64,000 nt of DNA from Escherichia coli (GTDB lineage Bacteria > Pseudomonadota > Gammaproteobacteria > Enterobacterales > Enterobacteriaceae): the NCBI RefSeq assembly GCF_044324875.1, contig NZ_CP172185.1. One strand, given 5' to 3'. Below the pieces are notes generated by a model. The model did no database searches and was not told where the DNA came from. It saw nothing but the letters and a program-made list of their open reading frames with translations. The position numbers and the translations under genes were made by a program. Shown here one piece after another: positions 17,384 through 32,885 of the stretch (position 1 is the stretch's first letter; each line of letters opens with the position of its first letter).

Positions 17384-17541
17384 TAAAGCGCGTTACTCTT
17401 TTCAGAGCAGTTTTTCATCCCTGAATATTTGCCATCAGCGCATTCTTATTATTGTAATAACACACGCGTTCACTTTTGGTGAAATTTTATCATCACTAAT
17501 AATACCTACCCCTTTGGTATTAATTATTTTATGGACCTTTT

Positions 17542-17757
17542 ATGACTGTTCAGGACTACTTATTAAAATTTCGCAAAATCAGTTCACTCGAAAGTTTGGA
17601 AAAACTCTACGACCATCTTAATTACACCCTGACGGACGATCAGGAACTGATCAATATGTATCGTGCTGCCGATCACCGTCGCGCAGAGCTGGTTTCTGGC
17701 GGGCGTTTGTTTGACCTCGGCCAGGTACCGAAGTCCGTCTGGCACTATGTCCAATAA
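17542..17757 (+). CDS. cnu: Hha/YmoA-family nucleoid-associated protein Cnu (YdgT)
   Basis: 71-aa [53 protein letters not shown]... Confidence 0.9.
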
Positions 17758-17842
17758 AGAAAGTAGCGATCGGTTATAAAAGCCTTATAATAACGCCCCT
17801 AAAATTAGATTTGCCTGTTTGCGTCGCTATTCTGGAGAACCT

Positions 17843-18283
17843 ATGACCACCACAACGCCACAACGTATTGGAGGCTGGTTGCTTGGCCCATTGGCCTGGC
17901 TTTTAGTCGCTCTGTTAAGTACGACGCTGGCGTTGTTGCTGTATACCGCTGCGTTATCTTCTCCGCAAACATTTCAAACGCTCGGCGAACAAGCACTGAC
18001 GACACAAATCTTATGGGGCGTTTCATTTATTACCGCTATCGCCATGTGGTATTACACACTGTGGTTGACCATCGCTTTCTTTAAACGTCGGCGTTGTGTT
18101 CCTAAACACTATATTATCTGGCTGCTTATTTCCGTATTGCTGGCAGTAAAAGCGTTCGCTTTTTCACCCGTGGAAGATGGCATAGCCGTTCGCCAGTTAC
18201 TGTTTACTTTGTTGGCAACCGCATTGATCGTCCCCTATTTTAAACGCTCGTCGCGGGTGAAAGCGACGTTTGTGAATCCGTAA
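17843..18283 (+). CDS. ydgK: Inner membrane protein YdgK
   Basis: Start at internal ATG (MTTTTPQRIGGWLLGP), 146 aa, multiple TM helices; precedes rsxA. Confidence 0.85.
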   Translation: MTTTTPQRIGGWLLGPLAWLLVALLSTTLALLLYTAALSSPQTFQTLGEQALTTQILWGVSFITAIAMWYYTLWLTIAFFKRRRCVPKHYIIWLLISVLLAVKAFAFSPVEDGIAVRQLLFTLLATALIVPYFKRSSRVKATFVNP

Positions 18284-18359
18284 TAACCTTACAGTTAACC
18301 TGTTGTCGCCTGCTCTGGATTAACGGATAATAGGCGGCTTTTTTATTTCAGGCCGAAAA

Positions 18360-18940
18360 ATGACTGACTACCTGTTACTGTTTGTCGGAACTGTACTGGT
18401 CAATAACTTTGTACTGGTCAAGTTTCTCGGTCTCTGTCCGTTTATGGGGGTTTCCAAAAAGCTGGAAACCGCGATGGGCATGGGGCTGGCTACAACGTTT
18501 GTGATGACGCTGGCGTCTATTTGCGCCTGGCTTATCGATACGTGGATTTTGATCCCGCTTAATCTGATTTACCTGCGCACCCTGGCGTTTATTCTGGTGA
18601 TTGCTGTGGTTGTGCAGTTCACCGAGATGGTGGTGCGCAAAACCAGCCCGGTGCTTTACCGTCTGCTGGGGATTTTTTTGCCGCTTATCACCACCAACTG
18701 TGCAGTGCTCGGCGTGGCGTTGCTGAATATCAATCTCGGGCACAATTTCTTGCAGTCGGCGCTGTACGGTTTTTCCGCCGCTGTCGGTTTCTCGCTGGTG
18801 ATGGTGCTTTTCGCCGCCATCCGCGAACGCCTTGCTGTGGCTGATGTCCCGGCACCTTTTCGCGGTAATGCCATTGCGTTAATTACCGCAGGTCTTATGT
18901 CTCTGGCCTTTATGGGCTTTACTGGTTTGGTGAAGTTGTA

Positions 18941-18941
<1 letters not shown>
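18360..18941 (+). CDS. rsxA: Rnf/Rsx electron transport complex subunit A
   Basis: 193-aa polytopic membrane protein; first gene of rsxABCDGE. Confidence 0.9.
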
Positions 18942-21638
<2,697 letters not shown>

Positions 21639-22697
21639 ATGGTATTCAGAATAGCTAGCTCCCCTTATACCCATAACCAGCGCCAAACATCGCGCATTAT
21701 GCTGTTGGTGTTGCTCGCAGCTGTGCCAGGAATCGCAGCGCAACTGTGGTTTTTTGGTTGGGGTACTCTCGTTCAGATCCTGTTGGCGTCGGTCAGTGCT
21801 CTGTTAGCCGAAGCTCTCGTACTCAAACTACGCAAGCAGTCGGTAGCCGCAACGTTGAAAGATAACTCAGCATTGCTGACAGGCTTATTGCTGGCGGTAA
21901 GTATTCCCCCCCTCGCGCCATGGTGGATGGTCGTACTAGGTACGGTGTTTGCGGTGATCATCGCTAAACAGTTGTATGGCGGTCTGGGGCAAAACCCGTT
22001 TAATCCGGCAATGATTGGTTATGTGGTCTTACTGATCTCCTTCCCGGTGCAGATGACCAGCTGGTTACCGCCACATGAAATTGCGGTCAACATCCCTGGT
22101 TTTATCGACGCCATACAGGTTATTTTCAGCGGACATACCACCAGTGGTGGTGATATGAACACGCTACGCTTAGGTATTGATGGCATTAGTCAGGCGACAC
22201 CGTTGGATACATTTAAAACCTCTGTCCGTGCCGGTCATTCGGTTGAACAGATTATGCAATATCCGATCTACAGCGGTATTCTGGCGGGCGCTGGTTGGCA
22301 ATGGGTAAATCTCGCCTGGCTGGCTGGCGGCGTGTGGTTGCTATGGCAGAAAGCGATTCGCTGGCATATTCCCCTCAGCTTCTTAGTAACGCTGGCGTTA
22401 TGCGCAACGTTGGGCTGGTTGTTCTCACCAGAAACACTGGCATCACCGCAAATTCATCTGCTGTCTGGTGCGACTATGCTCGGCGCATTCTTTATTTTGA
22501 CTGACCCGGTTACTGCTTCTACGACCAATCGTGGTCGTCTTATTTTCGGCGCGCTGGCGGGTTTATTAGTCTGGTTGATCCGCAGTTTCGGCGGCTATCC
22601 TGACGGCGTGGCTTTTGCCGTCCTGCTGGCGAACATCACGGTTCCTCTGATCGATTACTACACGCGTCCGCGCGTCTACGGCCATCGCAAAGGGTAA
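21639..22697 (+). CDS. rsxD: Rnf/Rsx complex subunit D
   Basis: 352-aa membrane protein; start overlaps rsxC stop. Confidence 0.9.
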   Translation: MVFRIASSPYTHNQRQTSRIMLLVLLAAVPGIAAQLWFFGWGTLVQILLASVSALLAEALVLKLRKQSVAATLKDNSALLTGLLLAVSIPPLAPWWMVVLGTVFAVIIAKQLYGGLGQNPFNPAMIGYVVLLISFPVQMTSWLPPHEIAVNIPGFIDAIQVIFSGHTTSGGDMNTLRLGIDGISQATPLDTFKTSVRAGHSVEQIMQYPIYSGILAGAGWQWVNLAWLAGGVWLLWQKAIRWHIPLSFLVTLALCATLGWLFSPETLASPQIHLLSGATMLGAFFILTDPVTASTTNRGRLIFGALAGLLVWLIRSFGGYPDGVAFAVLLANITVPLIDYYTRPRVYGHRKG

Positions 22698-22700
22698 ACC

Positions 22701-23321
22701 ATGCTGAAAACTATCCGAAAACACGGCATTACACTGGCACTATTTGCAGCGGGTTCTACAGGGTTAACTGCGGCCATCAACCAGATGACCAAAACGACAA
22801 TTGCTGAACAGGCCAGTCTGCAACAAAAGGCGTTATTTGATCAGGTGCTGCCAGCCGAACGCTATAACAATGCGCTGGCACAGAGTTGCTATCTGGTCAC
22901 TGCGCCAGAGTTAGGTAAAGGTGAGCATCGGGTTTACATCGCCAAACAGGATGACAAACCGGTAGCCGCCGTTCTGGAAACAACCGCGCCAGATGGCTAT
23001 TCTGGTGCGATTCAGCTGCTGGTGGGAGCCGATTTTAACGGCACGGTACTTGGCACGCGCGTGACAGAGCACCACGAAACGCCAGGGCTTGGCGATAAAA
23101 TCGAACTGCGCCTTTCTGACTGGATTACCCATTTTGCGGGTAAAAAAATCAGTGGTGCGGATGATGCGCACTGGGCGGTGAAGAAAGATGGTGGTGATTT
23201 CGACCAGTTCACCGGCGCGACGATTACTCCGCGCGCGGTGGTAAATGCGGTAAAACGCGCCGGATTGTACGCTCAGACGTTACCGGCACAACTTTCTCAA
23301 CTTCCTGCCTGTGGAGAATAA
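22701..23321 (+). CDS. rsxG: Rnf/Rsx complex subunit G
   Basis: 206 aa with N-terminal anchor and FMN-binding-type domain. Confidence 0.9.
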   Translation: MLKTIRKHGITLALFAAGSTGLTAAINQMTKTTIAEQASLQQKALFDQVLPAERYNNALAQSCYLVTAPELGKGEHRVYIAKQDDKPVAAVLETTAPDGYSGAIQLLVGADFNGTVLGTRVTEHHETPGLGDKIELRLSDWITHFAGKKISGADDAHWAVKKDGGDFDQFTGATITPRAVVNAVKRAGLYAQTLPAQLSQLPACGE

Positions 23322-23324
23322 AGC

Positions 23325-24020
23325 GTGAGCGAAATTAAAGACGTTATTGTTCAGGGGTTGTGGAAAAACAACTCTGCGCTGGTCCAGTTGCTCGGCCTTT
23401 GTCCGCTGCTGGCGGTCACGTCCACTGCCACCAACGCCCTGGGTTTAGGACTTGCGACTACGCTGGTACTGACGCTGACCAACCTGACCATTTCGACGCT
23501 GCGTCACTGGACGCCAGCCGAGATCCGCATTCCCATTTACGTGATGATCATCGCCTCGGTGGTCAGCGCTGTACAGATGCTGATCAACGCCTACGCCTTT
23601 GGCCTGTATCAATCATTAGGGATTTTTATTCCGCTGATTGTCACTAACTGTATCGTTGTGGGCCGCGCTGAAGCCTTCGCCGCCAAAAAAGGTCCGGCGC
23701 TTTCGGCACTGGACGGTTTTTCAATTGGTATGGGCGCAACCTGCGCCATGTTCGTGCTGGGTTCACTACGCGAAATAATCGGCAATGGCACGTTGTTTGA
23801 CGGTGCAGATGCGCTGTTAGGTAGCTGGGCAAAAGTATTACGCGTGGAGATTTTCCACACCGACTCCCCTTTCCTGCTGGCGATGCTGCCACCAGGTGCA
23901 TTTATTGGCCTGGGACTGATGCTGGCAGGGAAATACCTGATTGATGAAAGAATGAAAAAGCGCCGTACTGAAGCAGCTGCCGAACGTGCATTGCCAAACG
24001 GTGAAACAGGGAGTGTCTGA
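23325..24020 (+). CDS. rsxE: Rnf/Rsx complex subunit E
   Basis: 231-aa membrane protein paralogous to rsxA. Confidence 0.9.
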   Translation: MSEIKDVIVQGLWKNNSALVQLLGLCPLLAVTSTATNALGLGLATTLVLTLTNLTISTLRHWTPAEIRIPIYVMIIASVVSAVQMLINAYAFGLYQSLGIFIPLIVTNCIVVGRAEAFAAKKGPALSALDGFSIGMGATCAMFVLGSLREIIGNGTLFDGADALLGSWAKVLRVEIFHTDSPFLLAMLPPGAFIGLGLMLAGKYLIDERMKKRRTEAAAERALPNGETGSV

Positions 24021-24655
24021 TGAACAAAGCAAAACGCCTGGAGATCCTCACTCGCCTGCGTGAGAACAATCCTCATCCCACCACCGAGCTTAATTTCAGT
24101 TCGCCTTTTGAATTGCTGATTGCCGTACTGCTTTCCGCTCAGGCGACCGATGTCAGTGTTAATAAGGCGACGGCGAAACTCTACCCGGTGGCTAATACAC
24201 CTGCAGCGATGCTTGAACTGGGCGTCGAAGGGGTGAAAACCTATATCAAAACCATTGGGCTTTATAACAGCAAAGCAGAAAATATCATCAAAACCTGCCG
24301 TATCTTACTGGAACAGCATAATGGCGAGGTTCCGGAAGATCGTGCTGCGCTTGAAGCCCTGCCTGGTGTAGGTCGTAAAACAGCCAACGTCGTATTAAAC
24401 ACTGCATTCGGCTGGCCGACTATTGCTGTCGACACGCACATTTTCCGCGTTTGTAATCGTACTCAATTTGCGCCGGGGAAAAACGTCGAACAGGTAGAAG
24501 AAAAGCTACTGAAAGTGGTTCCGGCAGAGTTTAAAGTCGACTGCCACCATTGGTTGATCCTGCACGGGCGTTATACCTGTATTGCCCGCAAGCCTCGCTG
24601 TGGCTCTTGTATTATTGAAGATCTTTGTGAATACAAAGAGAAAGTTGACATCTGA
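24020..24655 (+). CDS. nth: Endonuclease III (DNA glycosylase/AP lyase)
   Basis: 211 aa; helix-hairpin-helix and C-terminal CxxxxxxCxxCxxxxxC Fe-S cluster. Confidence 0.95.
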   Translation: MNKAKRLEILTRLRENNPHPTTELNFSSPFELLIAVLLSAQATDVSVNKATAKLYPVANTPAAMLELGVEGVKTYIKTIGLYNSKAENIIKTCRILLEQHNGEVPEDRAALEALPGVGRKTANVVLNTAFGWPTIAVDTHIFRVCNRTQFAPGKNVEQVEEKLLKVVPAEFKVDCHHWLILHGRYTCIARKPRCGSCIIEDLCEYKEKVDI

Positions 24656-25265
24656 AGAAAAGGGGTAACACCGATTACCCCATTGATAACCTTTCTTTAT
24701 CCTCTTTTAAAACATCTTTTTAACGTCAATGATGCCATTGCTTAGCGTTATCATCAGGTAATCCGTTTGCGGATAACCAAAAATGCAGGTTAATTGTTTT
24801 TTTAATAGCGAAATTTTCTATTCATTCGTGATCAAGATCACGATGCTGTGGCAATGTAAAAACATTGCAAGAACTAGGTTAAAATCATTTAAATTTACAC
24901 ACGCAACAAATATTGACCTACAAAACATTACACTGGCTATTTTTCAGAAACTGGACTATCTCACTAGGAAAAACGCTAAATAGCAGAACATATCGCCGTT
25001 AAGCCATCATCCCCCTCTCAGGGTAGTGAAAAAATCTGCCGTTACGTTTTTTGAAAAATTTAACGCTGGATAACATTTCCCGGAATGGTTGAATTCCCCG
25101 CCTCAGTTATATGTAACAGATTATTACAAAGGACTTGTCTGAAAGTGCAAGATAGTGAACATTACCTGCCGTTTCCCCTCCCACTATAACAATTGCGCGT
25201 ATGTTTTTTAGGCATAACGCGAGAAAGCACCCCCGTTAATATGGGATGTAAAAAAAGAGGTAAAA

Positions 25266-26768
25266 GTGTCCACTGCAAACCAAAAACCAACTGAAAGCGT
25301 CAGTTTGAACGCTTTCAAACAACCGAAGGCGTTCTATCTCATCTTCTCGATTGAGTTATGGGAACGTTTTGGTTATTACGGCCTACAAGGAATTATGGCT
25401 GTTTACCTGGTTAAACAACTGGGTATGTCTGAAGCGGATTCAATCACCCTTTTCTCTTCCTTTAGTGCCCTGGTTTATGGTCTGGTCGCTATCGGCGGCT
25501 GGTTAGGTGACAAGGTACTGGGTACTAAACGCGTAATTATGCTTGGCGCTATTGTGCTGGCGATTGGTTATGCTCTGGTTGCCTGGTCTGGTCACGACGC
25601 CGGTATCGTTTATATGGGTATGGCGGCTATTGCGGTCGGTAACGGCCTGTTTAAAGCTAACCCGTCTTCTCTGCTTTCTACATGCTATGAGAAAAACGAC
25701 CCGCGTCTGGACGGTGCATTCACCATGTACTACATGTCCGTCAACATCGGCTCTTTCTTCTCTATGATCGCCACCCCGTGGCTGGCCGCGAAATACGGCT
25801 GGAGTGTTGCGTTTGCGTTGAGCGTTGTAGGCCTGCTGATCACTATCGTTAACTTCGCCTTCTGCCAACGCTGGGTTAAACAGTACGGTTCAAAACCAGA
25901 CTTCGAGCCTATCAACTACCGTAACCTGCTGCTGACCATTATTGGTGTTGTGGCACTGATCGCTATCGCCACCTGGCTGCTGCACAATCAGGAAGTTGCG
26001 CGTATGGCGCTGGGCGTTGTTGCCTTCGGTATTGTGGTTATCTTCGGTAAAGAAGCCTTCGCGATGAAAGGTGCTGCGCGTCGTAAAATGATCGTTGCCT
26101 TCATCCTGATGCTCGAAGCCATTATCTTCTTCGTGCTGTACAGCCAGATGCCAACGTCACTGAACTTCTTTGCGATTCGTAACGTTGAACACACCATTCT
26201 GGGCCTGGCCGTAGAACCTGAGCAGTATCAGGCACTGAACCCGTTCTGGATCATCATTGGTAGCCCGATTCTGGCCGCTATCTATAACAAGATGGGCGAT
26301 ACCCTGCCGATGCCAACTAAGTTTGCAATCGGTATGGTGATGTGTTCTGGTGCGTTCCTGATTCTGCCGCTGGGTGCAAAATTCGCGTCTGACGCAGGTA
26401 TCGTGTCTGTAAGCTGGCTGGTCGCAAGCTATGGCCTGCAGAGTATCGGGGAACTTATGATCTCTGGTCTGGGTCTGGCAATGGTTGCACAACTCGTTCC
26501 GCAGCGTCTGATGGGCTTCATTATGGGTAGCTGGTTCCTGACCACTGCCGGTGCAAACCTGATTGGTGGTTATGTTGCGGGTATGATGGCTGTGCCGGAT
26601 AACGTTACCGATCCGCTGATGTCACTGGAAGTCTATGGTCGCGTATTCTTGCAGATTGGTGTCGCTACTGCCGTTATTGCTGTACTGATGCTGCTGACCG
26701 CGCCGAAACTGCACCGCATGACGCAGGATGACGCTGCAGACAAAGCGGCGAAAGCTGCTGTAGCGTAA
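25266..26768 (+). CDS. dtpA: Proton-dependent di/tripeptide permease
   Basis: 500-aa MFS/POT transporter ([15 protein letters not shown]); long AT-rich leader upstream. Confidence 0.9.
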
Positions 26769-26789
26769 AATTCAGGGAAACTCTTTTAC

Positions 26790-26825
26790 AAGCCGCTAAC
26801 TTTTCGTTAGCGGCTTTTTTTTTGT
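26790..26825 (+). terminator. Rho-independent terminator after dtpA
   Basis: AAGCCGCTAAC-TTTTC-GTTAGCGGCTT followed by a T-run. Confidence 0.7.
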
Positions 26826-26873
26826 TCAGCAACGCACTACCATACTTTAAACCACAGACAAAAGGAGTTACCG

Positions 26874-27479
26874 ATGAAATTGTTCTACAAACCGGGTGCC
26901 TGCTCTCTCGCTTCCCATATCACCCTGCGTGAGAGCGGAAAGGATTTTACGCTCGTCAGTGTGGATTTAATGAAAAAACGTCTCGAAAACGGTGACGATT
27001 ACTTTGCCGTTAACCCTAAGGGACAGGTGCCTGCATTGCTGCTGGACGATGGTACTTTGCTGACGGAAGGCGTAGCAATTATGCAGTATCTTGCCGACAG
27101 CGTCCCCGACCGCCAGTTGCTGGCACCGGTAAACAGTATTTCCCGCTATAAAACCATCGAATGGCTGAATTACATCGCCACCGAGCTGCATAAAGGTTTC
27201 ACACCTCTGTTTCGCCCTGATACACCGGAAGAGTACAAACCGACAGTTCGCGCGCAGCTGGAGAAGAAGCTGCAATATGTGAACGAGGCACTGAAGGATG
27301 AGCACTGGATCTGCGGGCAACGATTCACAATTGCTGATGCCTATCTGTTTACGGTTATGCGCTGGGCATACGCGGTGAAACTGAATCTGGAAGGGTTAGA
27401 GCACATTGCGGCATTTATGCAACGTATGGCTGAACGTCCGGAAGTACAAGACGCGCTGTCAGCGGAAGGCTTAAAGTAA
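26874..27479 (+). CDS. gstA: Glutathione S-transferase
   Basis: 201 aa with thioredoxin-like N-terminal and helical C-terminal GST domains. Confidence 0.9.
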   Translation: MKLFYKPGACSLASHITLRESGKDFTLVSVDLMKKRLENGDDYFAVNPKGQVPALLLDDGTLLTEGVAIMQYLADSVPDRQLLAPVNSISRYKTIEWLNYIATELHKGFTPLFRPDTPEEYKPTVRAQLEKKLQYVNEALKDEHWICGQRFTIADAYLFTVMRWAYAVKLNLEGLEHIAAFMQRMAERPEVQDALSAEGLK

Positions 27480-27522
27480 TAGCCATCGGCCCACAGGTCG
27501 TTGTGGGCCGAAATGAGATATT

Positions 27523-28386
27523 TCAGAGCTTTGTTGCGCTGAAATAATGTTCTGGATTGGCAATACGATCCTGAGCAGCAACCACTTGCAGCTCATATTC
27601 CTGCATTGCTTTGGTGGTCACCATGATTTCGTATACTGCAGCGGTCACATGTTCCAGGGCCTCCTGCAGCGTTGCCCCCTGAAGCAGTTTCACCAGCAGT
27701 AAACCGCTCGTCACATCACCAACACCTACCGGCTGGCGCATACCAAAATCCACCAGCGGACGGCTGATATGCCAGGCTTCATCGGCGGTAACCAGCAGCA
27801 TTTCAAAACGGTCACGGCTGTAGCCAGCTCGCGCCAGGTGTTTAACCAACACAATTTGTGGCCCTTGCGCAATGAGTTCGCGCGCTGCCAGAACCGCTTC
27901 TTCGACGTTATTTACTGGATGCTCACAGAGTATTTCCAGCTCAACCAGATTCGGCGCAATGATATCGCTGGCAGGCAAACCGTGACGCACATGAAACTCT
28001 GCGACACCCGGTGCAACGATACAGCCTTTTTCCGGATGACCCATTACCGGATCGCAAAAATATTTCGCCTGCGGATTTGCTGCTTTCACCTGACGAACGA
28101 TACCGAGAATATGTTCCCCCTGCTCCGCCGAACCCAGATAGCCACTTAATACGGCATCACAGGTGTGTAATTTATCAATGGCGGCAATGCCTTGCACAAT
28201 TTCGGTTAAATGGCTGGGCGGCATCACGCAGCCAGTCCATTTGCCGTATTGGGTGTGATTAGAAAATTGAACGGTGTTCAGCGGCCAGACGTTCGCGCCC
28301 AGGCGGCGCATCGGAAACTCTGCCGCACTGTTACCCGCATGACCATAAACAACGTGAGACTGGATAGCGAGAATATTTTTCATCAT
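27523..28386 (-). CDS. pdxY: Pyridoxal kinase 2
   Basis: 287-aa ribokinase-fold kinase; cotranscribed downstream of tyrS/pdxH. Confidence 0.9.
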   Translation of the reverse strand: MMKNILAIQSHVVYGHAGNSAAEFPMRRLGANVWPLNTVQFSNHTQYGKWTGCVMPPSHLTEIVQGIAAIDKLHTCDAVLSGYLGSAEQGEHILGIVRQVKAANPQAKYFCDPVMGHPEKGCIVAPGVAEFHVRHGLPASDIIAPNLVELEILCEHPVNNVEEAVLAARELIAQGPQIVLVKHLARAGYSRDRFEMLLVTADEAWHISRPLVDFGMRQPVGVGDVTSGLLLVKLLQGATLQEALEHVTAAVYEIMVTTKAMQEYELQVVAAQDRIANPEHYFSATKL

Positions 28387-28444
28387 GTTCCCTGTATAAA
28401 AACCAGGGGGAGTGATTTCTCACTCCCCCTTTCCACTTAATGCA

Positions 28445-29719
28445 TTATTTCCAGCAAATCAGACAGTAATTCTTTTTGCCGCGACGCAGTAAGGTAAAAC
28501 GACCAAACAGACGATCTTCTTCTTTAAAGAAGTATTCAGGATCGGACTGTTTTTCACCGTTAATGGTGATGGCATTGGAGGCGATGGTTTTACGCGCCTG
28601 ACCACGGGAAGGTTGCAGTTCAGAATCGACCAGCGCCTGCATCAGGTCTGCGCCCTTTTCCATCTCAACCATCGGTACGCCGTCCTGCGCCAGCTGTTCG
28701 AAGTCCGCTTCACTCAGCGCACTCAAGGAACCGCTGAACAGGCATTCGGTAATACGTTTTGCCGCCTGTAAACCTTCTTCACCGTGAACCAGACGAGTCA
28801 CCTGCTCCGCCAGTACATACTGGGCGCGCGGTGCTTTACCGCTGTTTTTATCTTCTTCTTCCAGGGCGTTGATCTCTTCAATGCTCATAAAGGTGAAGAA
28901 CTTCAGGAAGCGGTAAACGTCGGCATCCGCAGTGTTGATCCAGAACTGGTAGAATTTGTACGGGCTGGTTTTCTTCGGATCCAACCAGACTGCGCCGCCT
29001 TCAGTTTTACCAAATTTGGTGCCGTCTGCTTTGGTGATCAGCGGAACGGTCAGGCCAAACACCTGATTCTGATGCAGACGACGGGTCAGGTCGATACCAG
29101 AAGTGATGTTACCCCACTGGTCAGAACCACCAATTTGCAGCACCACACCGTACTGTTTGTTCAGACAGGCGAAGTCATAACCCTGCAACAGGTTGTAGGA
29201 AAACTCAGTGAACGAAATCCCCTGATCTTCACGGTTGAGACGCTGCTTAACCGCTTCTTTGTTGATCATCTGGTTAACGGAGAAGTGTTTGCCAATATCG
29301 CGCAGGAAGGTCAGCACATTCATATTGCCGAACCAGTCATAGTTGTTCGCCGCGATAGCAGAGTTTTCTCCACAGTCGAAATCGAGGAACGGGGCAACCT
29401 GCTTGCGGATTTTGTCCACCCATTCCTGAACAGTTTCTTCGGTGTTCAGCTTACGCTCAGCAGCTTTGAAGCTCGGGTCGCCAATCAGACCCGTCGCGCC
29501 GCCTACCAGCGCAACCGGCTTGTGGCCCGCCTGCTGGAAGCGTTTCAGGCATAACAATGGAACAAGATGCCCCAAATGCAAGCTGTCAGCGGTAGGATCG
29601 AAGCCGCAATAGAGCGCGATCGGGCCTTGCGCCAGTCGCTCTGCTAACGCTTCCTCGTCCGTCACCTGGGCTACCAGCCCCCGCTCTTGCAATTGTTTAA
29701 TCAAGTTACTGCTTGCCAT
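28445..29719 (-). CDS. tyrS: Tyrosyl-tRNA synthetase
   Basis: Start at internal ATG ([16 protein letters not shown]), 424 aa; HLGH and KFGKT class I motifs. Confidence 0.95.
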
Positions 29720-29847
29720 CAAAATCTCCATGTATATAACGACTGCACCTTTGCCGGTACACGACTTTTCGCCAGATGCGAAAGAGACATAGAATAAAGT
29801 GCCAGAATCAGGAGTACCAGCGATTAAAGCAAGATTTTTGCATCTTT

Positions 29848-30504
29848 TCAGGGGGCAAGACGATCAATCTTCCACGCATCATTTTCACGCTGGTACAAAA
29901 AGCGGTCATGCAGGCGATGCTCACCGCCCTGCCAGAACTCAATCTGTTCAAGGCTGACGCGAAAACCGCCCCAAAAACTCGGCAATGGCACTTCGCCCTG
30001 TTGAAACTTCTGCTTCAGCTCCAGGAATTTACTTTCAAGGATACCGCGGGCAGAAATGCGACTGGACTGCTTCGAAACCCATGCACCAATCTGGCTATCA
30101 CGCGGGCGGCTATGAAAATATTTCATCACTTCGAGAGTCGAAAGTCGTTCCGCTTTACCGATCACCATCACCTGGCGCTCAAGGGTATGCCACGGGAACA
30201 GCAGGCTAACGCGCGGATTATTTTCGATTTGATGTGCTTTACGGCTGCCGAGGTTGGTGTAAAACACCATGCCTTTTTCGTCGTAATGTTTGAGTAAAAC
30301 GATGCGCTGATAAGGCTGACCATGTTCATCCACGGTAGCGACCACCATCGCGGTAGGGTCCGCCAGTTTGGCTTCACACGCCTGAGAGAGCCAGCGTTCA
30401 AAAAGGGTTAATGGATCGGCGGGAAGATCGCGGCGGCGTAATCCGCCTTTGGTGTATTCACGGCGCAGATGCGCGATTTGCTGCAATTCGTCGTTATCAG
30501 ACAT
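29848..30504 (-). CDS. pdxH: Pyridoxine/pyridoxamine 5'-phosphate oxidase
   Basis: 218-aa FMN-binding split-barrel protein. Confidence 0.9.
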
Positions 30505-30562
30505 GGTTTTCTTTACGGATTGTCAGTGGGTGACGCTATTGTGCGCCGCCCCTGGAAAAATC

Positions 30563-30892
30563 TCAACGCTGTGGATTTTGTAACTGACAGTTATTCAAGA
30601 CGATGCGGTCGCGTTTATAGACAGTCGCTTCCTCGCCTTTCGACCAGAAAACATAGATCCCGTCGGTGTAACGTGCACCAGACGCAGAAATGCCCTGTTT
30701 GAGATGCAGTAGTTGATTATCGTAAACAAAACTGACTTCCTGGCGCGGATTATTCAGTTTGACCGTCAACGGTTTTTCATCACACTGGTATTCCAGCGTA
30801 TCGGTTTGCATGCGCTCAACCAGTTGATTGAACGCGCTACAGCCGGTGAGAAGGACCGGCAAACAGATCAGTAACAGTTTTTTCATAGACAT
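30563..30892 (-). CDS. mliC: Membrane-bound lysozyme inhibitor of C-type lysozyme (lipoprotein)
   Basis: 109 aa; lipoprotein signal with LTGC lipobox. Confidence 0.85.
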   Translation of the reverse strand: MSMKKLLLICLPVLLTGCSAFNQLVERMQTDTLEYQCDEKPLTVKLNNPRQEVSFVYDNQLLHLKQGISASGARYTDGIYVFWSKGEEATVYKRDRIVLNNCQLQNPQR

Positions 30893-30989
30893 ATCCCGAA
30901 GACTTTCCTGGTCTGGAGGGCAATACGCCCTCCCTAACGTTCCAAGTGTAACGGCAGACGCGGTAAGAAAAATTCAGTTAACTCTGATA

Positions 30990-32099
30990 TCACGGGTTAG
31001 CGGGGAAAATAGCCCCGAGTACCGTCTCCTGGCTTGCGCCAGTGACGGAAGGCAGATTTCCTGGTAATCCCGCCAGCGTCCGCCAGGCAAGCCAGGCGAA
31101 AGCCAATGCTTCCATGTCATCGCCACTAATGCCAACGGCATCGGTGGTGGTGACTTCTGTGCCTGGCAGTAATGCCGCCAGACGCGCCATGAGTAGCGGA
31201 TTACGACTTCCTCCACCACATACCATCAATCGTTCGCAGCCACCGCTCAACAAAACTTGTTCAGAAATGGTCACGGCGGTGAGTTCTGCCAGTGTCGCCT
31301 GTACATCTCGGGGATCAACACCCGGAAAATGGCGCAAATGGCGCTCCAGCCAGCCGTAGTTAAAGTATTCGCGTCCGGTACTTTTCGGTGCAGGTTGCGA
31401 GAAATACGGGTCGCTAAGCATATTTTGCAGCAGTGGGAGAATGACTTTACCCGCCCGTGCCCACTCGGCATCTTTATCGTAAGGTTTACCTGCCTGACGC
31501 CAGATCCAGGCATCCATCAGCATGTTACCAGGACCGGTATCGTAGCCCCCTACCGGCTGCCCAGGAATGAGCAGTGACAGATTGGCGATGCCACCAATAT
31601 TGAGCACCATTCGTCGCTCGGTTGGGTGAGCCAGCAGCGCATGATGGAACGCAGGTACCAGCGGTGCGCCTTGTCCTCCTAAGGCAATATCGCGACGGCG
31701 AAAATCACCGACAACCGTAATTCCGGTGCGTGCCACAATTTGATTGTTATCGCCAATCTGTAAAGTGTGTGGTGCCACGCCCGTCGGTTCATGCCAGACG
31801 GTTTGACCGTGACAGCCGATCGCAACGATATCTCTCGCCTGCAGGTTTTGTTCCTTAAGCAAGGCATTGACCGCATCAGCAAAAAGTCGCCCGAGTTGAG
31901 TATCAAGCTGTCCAAACTGAGAAAGTGTAAGCTGCTGGCCCTGGCAAATATCCAGTACAGCCTGTTTCAGAGACACCGGGATCGGCCAGCTCAAACTTGC
32001 CAGCTGTGCGACCCGGTGTTCATCAATTGTCGCCAACACAACATCAACACCATCAAGGCTGGTGCCTGACATAACGCCAATAAAGCGGCCCGATTTCAT
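30990..32099 (-). CDS. anmK: Anhydro-N-acetylmuramic acid kinase
   Basis: 369-aa ORF ([22 protein letters not shown]...). Confidence 0.9.
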
Positions 32100-32232
32100 A
32101 GTTCATCCTTTTTCAATCTGACGTTTGCGCACCACTCAAACATAAACTTTTCGTGAATACCATGCGGAATGACCGATTTTTACCGTTGGTAGTAAAACAT
32201 TATCTTCAAATCAATAATCATCATGAATGTTT

Positions 32233-32249
32233 TGTTTATAATTGGTTGA
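32233..32249 (+). promoter_or_regulatory. Putative PhoP box upstream of slyB
   Basis: Direct repeat TGTTTA-TAATT-GGTTGA about 125 bp upstream of the slyB start; slyB is a known PhoP-regulated gene. Confidence 0.35.
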
Positions 32250-32372
32250 TCCTACTTTCATTATGATTTGCTCATATTTGGTAGAACATGTAACCATGGA
32301 TTCACATATGCCATATACTTTGACCATGAGGGATGCTTGCGTGGCGTTTCATGGTGAACAGGAGATTTTTCA

Positions 32373-32840
32373 ATGATTAAACGCGTATTGGTTGTTTCAA
32401 TGGTAGGTCTGTCTCTTGTCGGTTGTGTTAATAACGACACCCTGTCAGGGGATGTTTATACCGCTTCTGAAGCGAAACAAGTACAGAATGTCAGCTATGG
32501 CACCATCGTTAACGTACGTCCGGTACAGATTCAGGGCGGTGATGATTCCAACGTTATCGGCGCAATTGGCGGTGCTGTTCTTGGTGGTTTCCTGGGGAAT
32601 ACTGTTGGTGGCGGAACCGGGCGTTCTCTGGCTACTGCAGCAGGCGCTGTTGCAGGTGGCGTAGCCGGTCAGGGCGTACAGAGTGCAATGAACAAAACGC
32701 AGGGTGTCGAGCTGGAAATTCGTAAAGACGATGGTAATACCATCATGGTGGTACAGAAACAAGGCAACACTCGTTTCTCTCCGGGCCAACGTGTCGTACT
32801 GGCCAGCAATGGCAGTCAGGTGACCGTTTCTCCGCGCTAA
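32373..32840 (+). CDS. slyB: Outer membrane lipoprotein SlyB
   Basis: 155 aa; lipobox LVGC and glycine-rich region. Confidence 0.9.
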   Translation: MIKRVLVVSMVGLSLVGCVNNDTLSGDVYTASEAKQVQNVSYGTIVNVRPVQIQGGDDSNVIGAIGGAVLGGFLGNTVGGGTGRSLATAAGAVAGGVAGQGVQSAMNKTQGVELEIRKDDGNTIMVVQKQGNTRFSPGQRVVLASNGSQVTVSPR

Positions 32841-32848
32841 ATAGTTTG

Positions 32849-32876
32849 CGTGTGGTCAGGTTACTGACCACACGCC
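32849..32876. terminator. Bidirectional terminator between slyB and slyA
   Basis: Hairpin GCGTGTGGTCAG..CTGACCACACGC between convergent genes. Confidence 0.55.
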
Positions 32877-32885
32877 TCCTTCATT

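Noticed and set aside
24783-24983. 66-aa ORF in the nth-dtpA intergenic region
   Set aside because: AT-rich leader/promoter region of dtpA; low-complexity translation without SD.
28784-29554. 256-aa plus-strand ORF
   Set aside because: Antisense to tyrS, a highly conserved and clearly recognisable gene.
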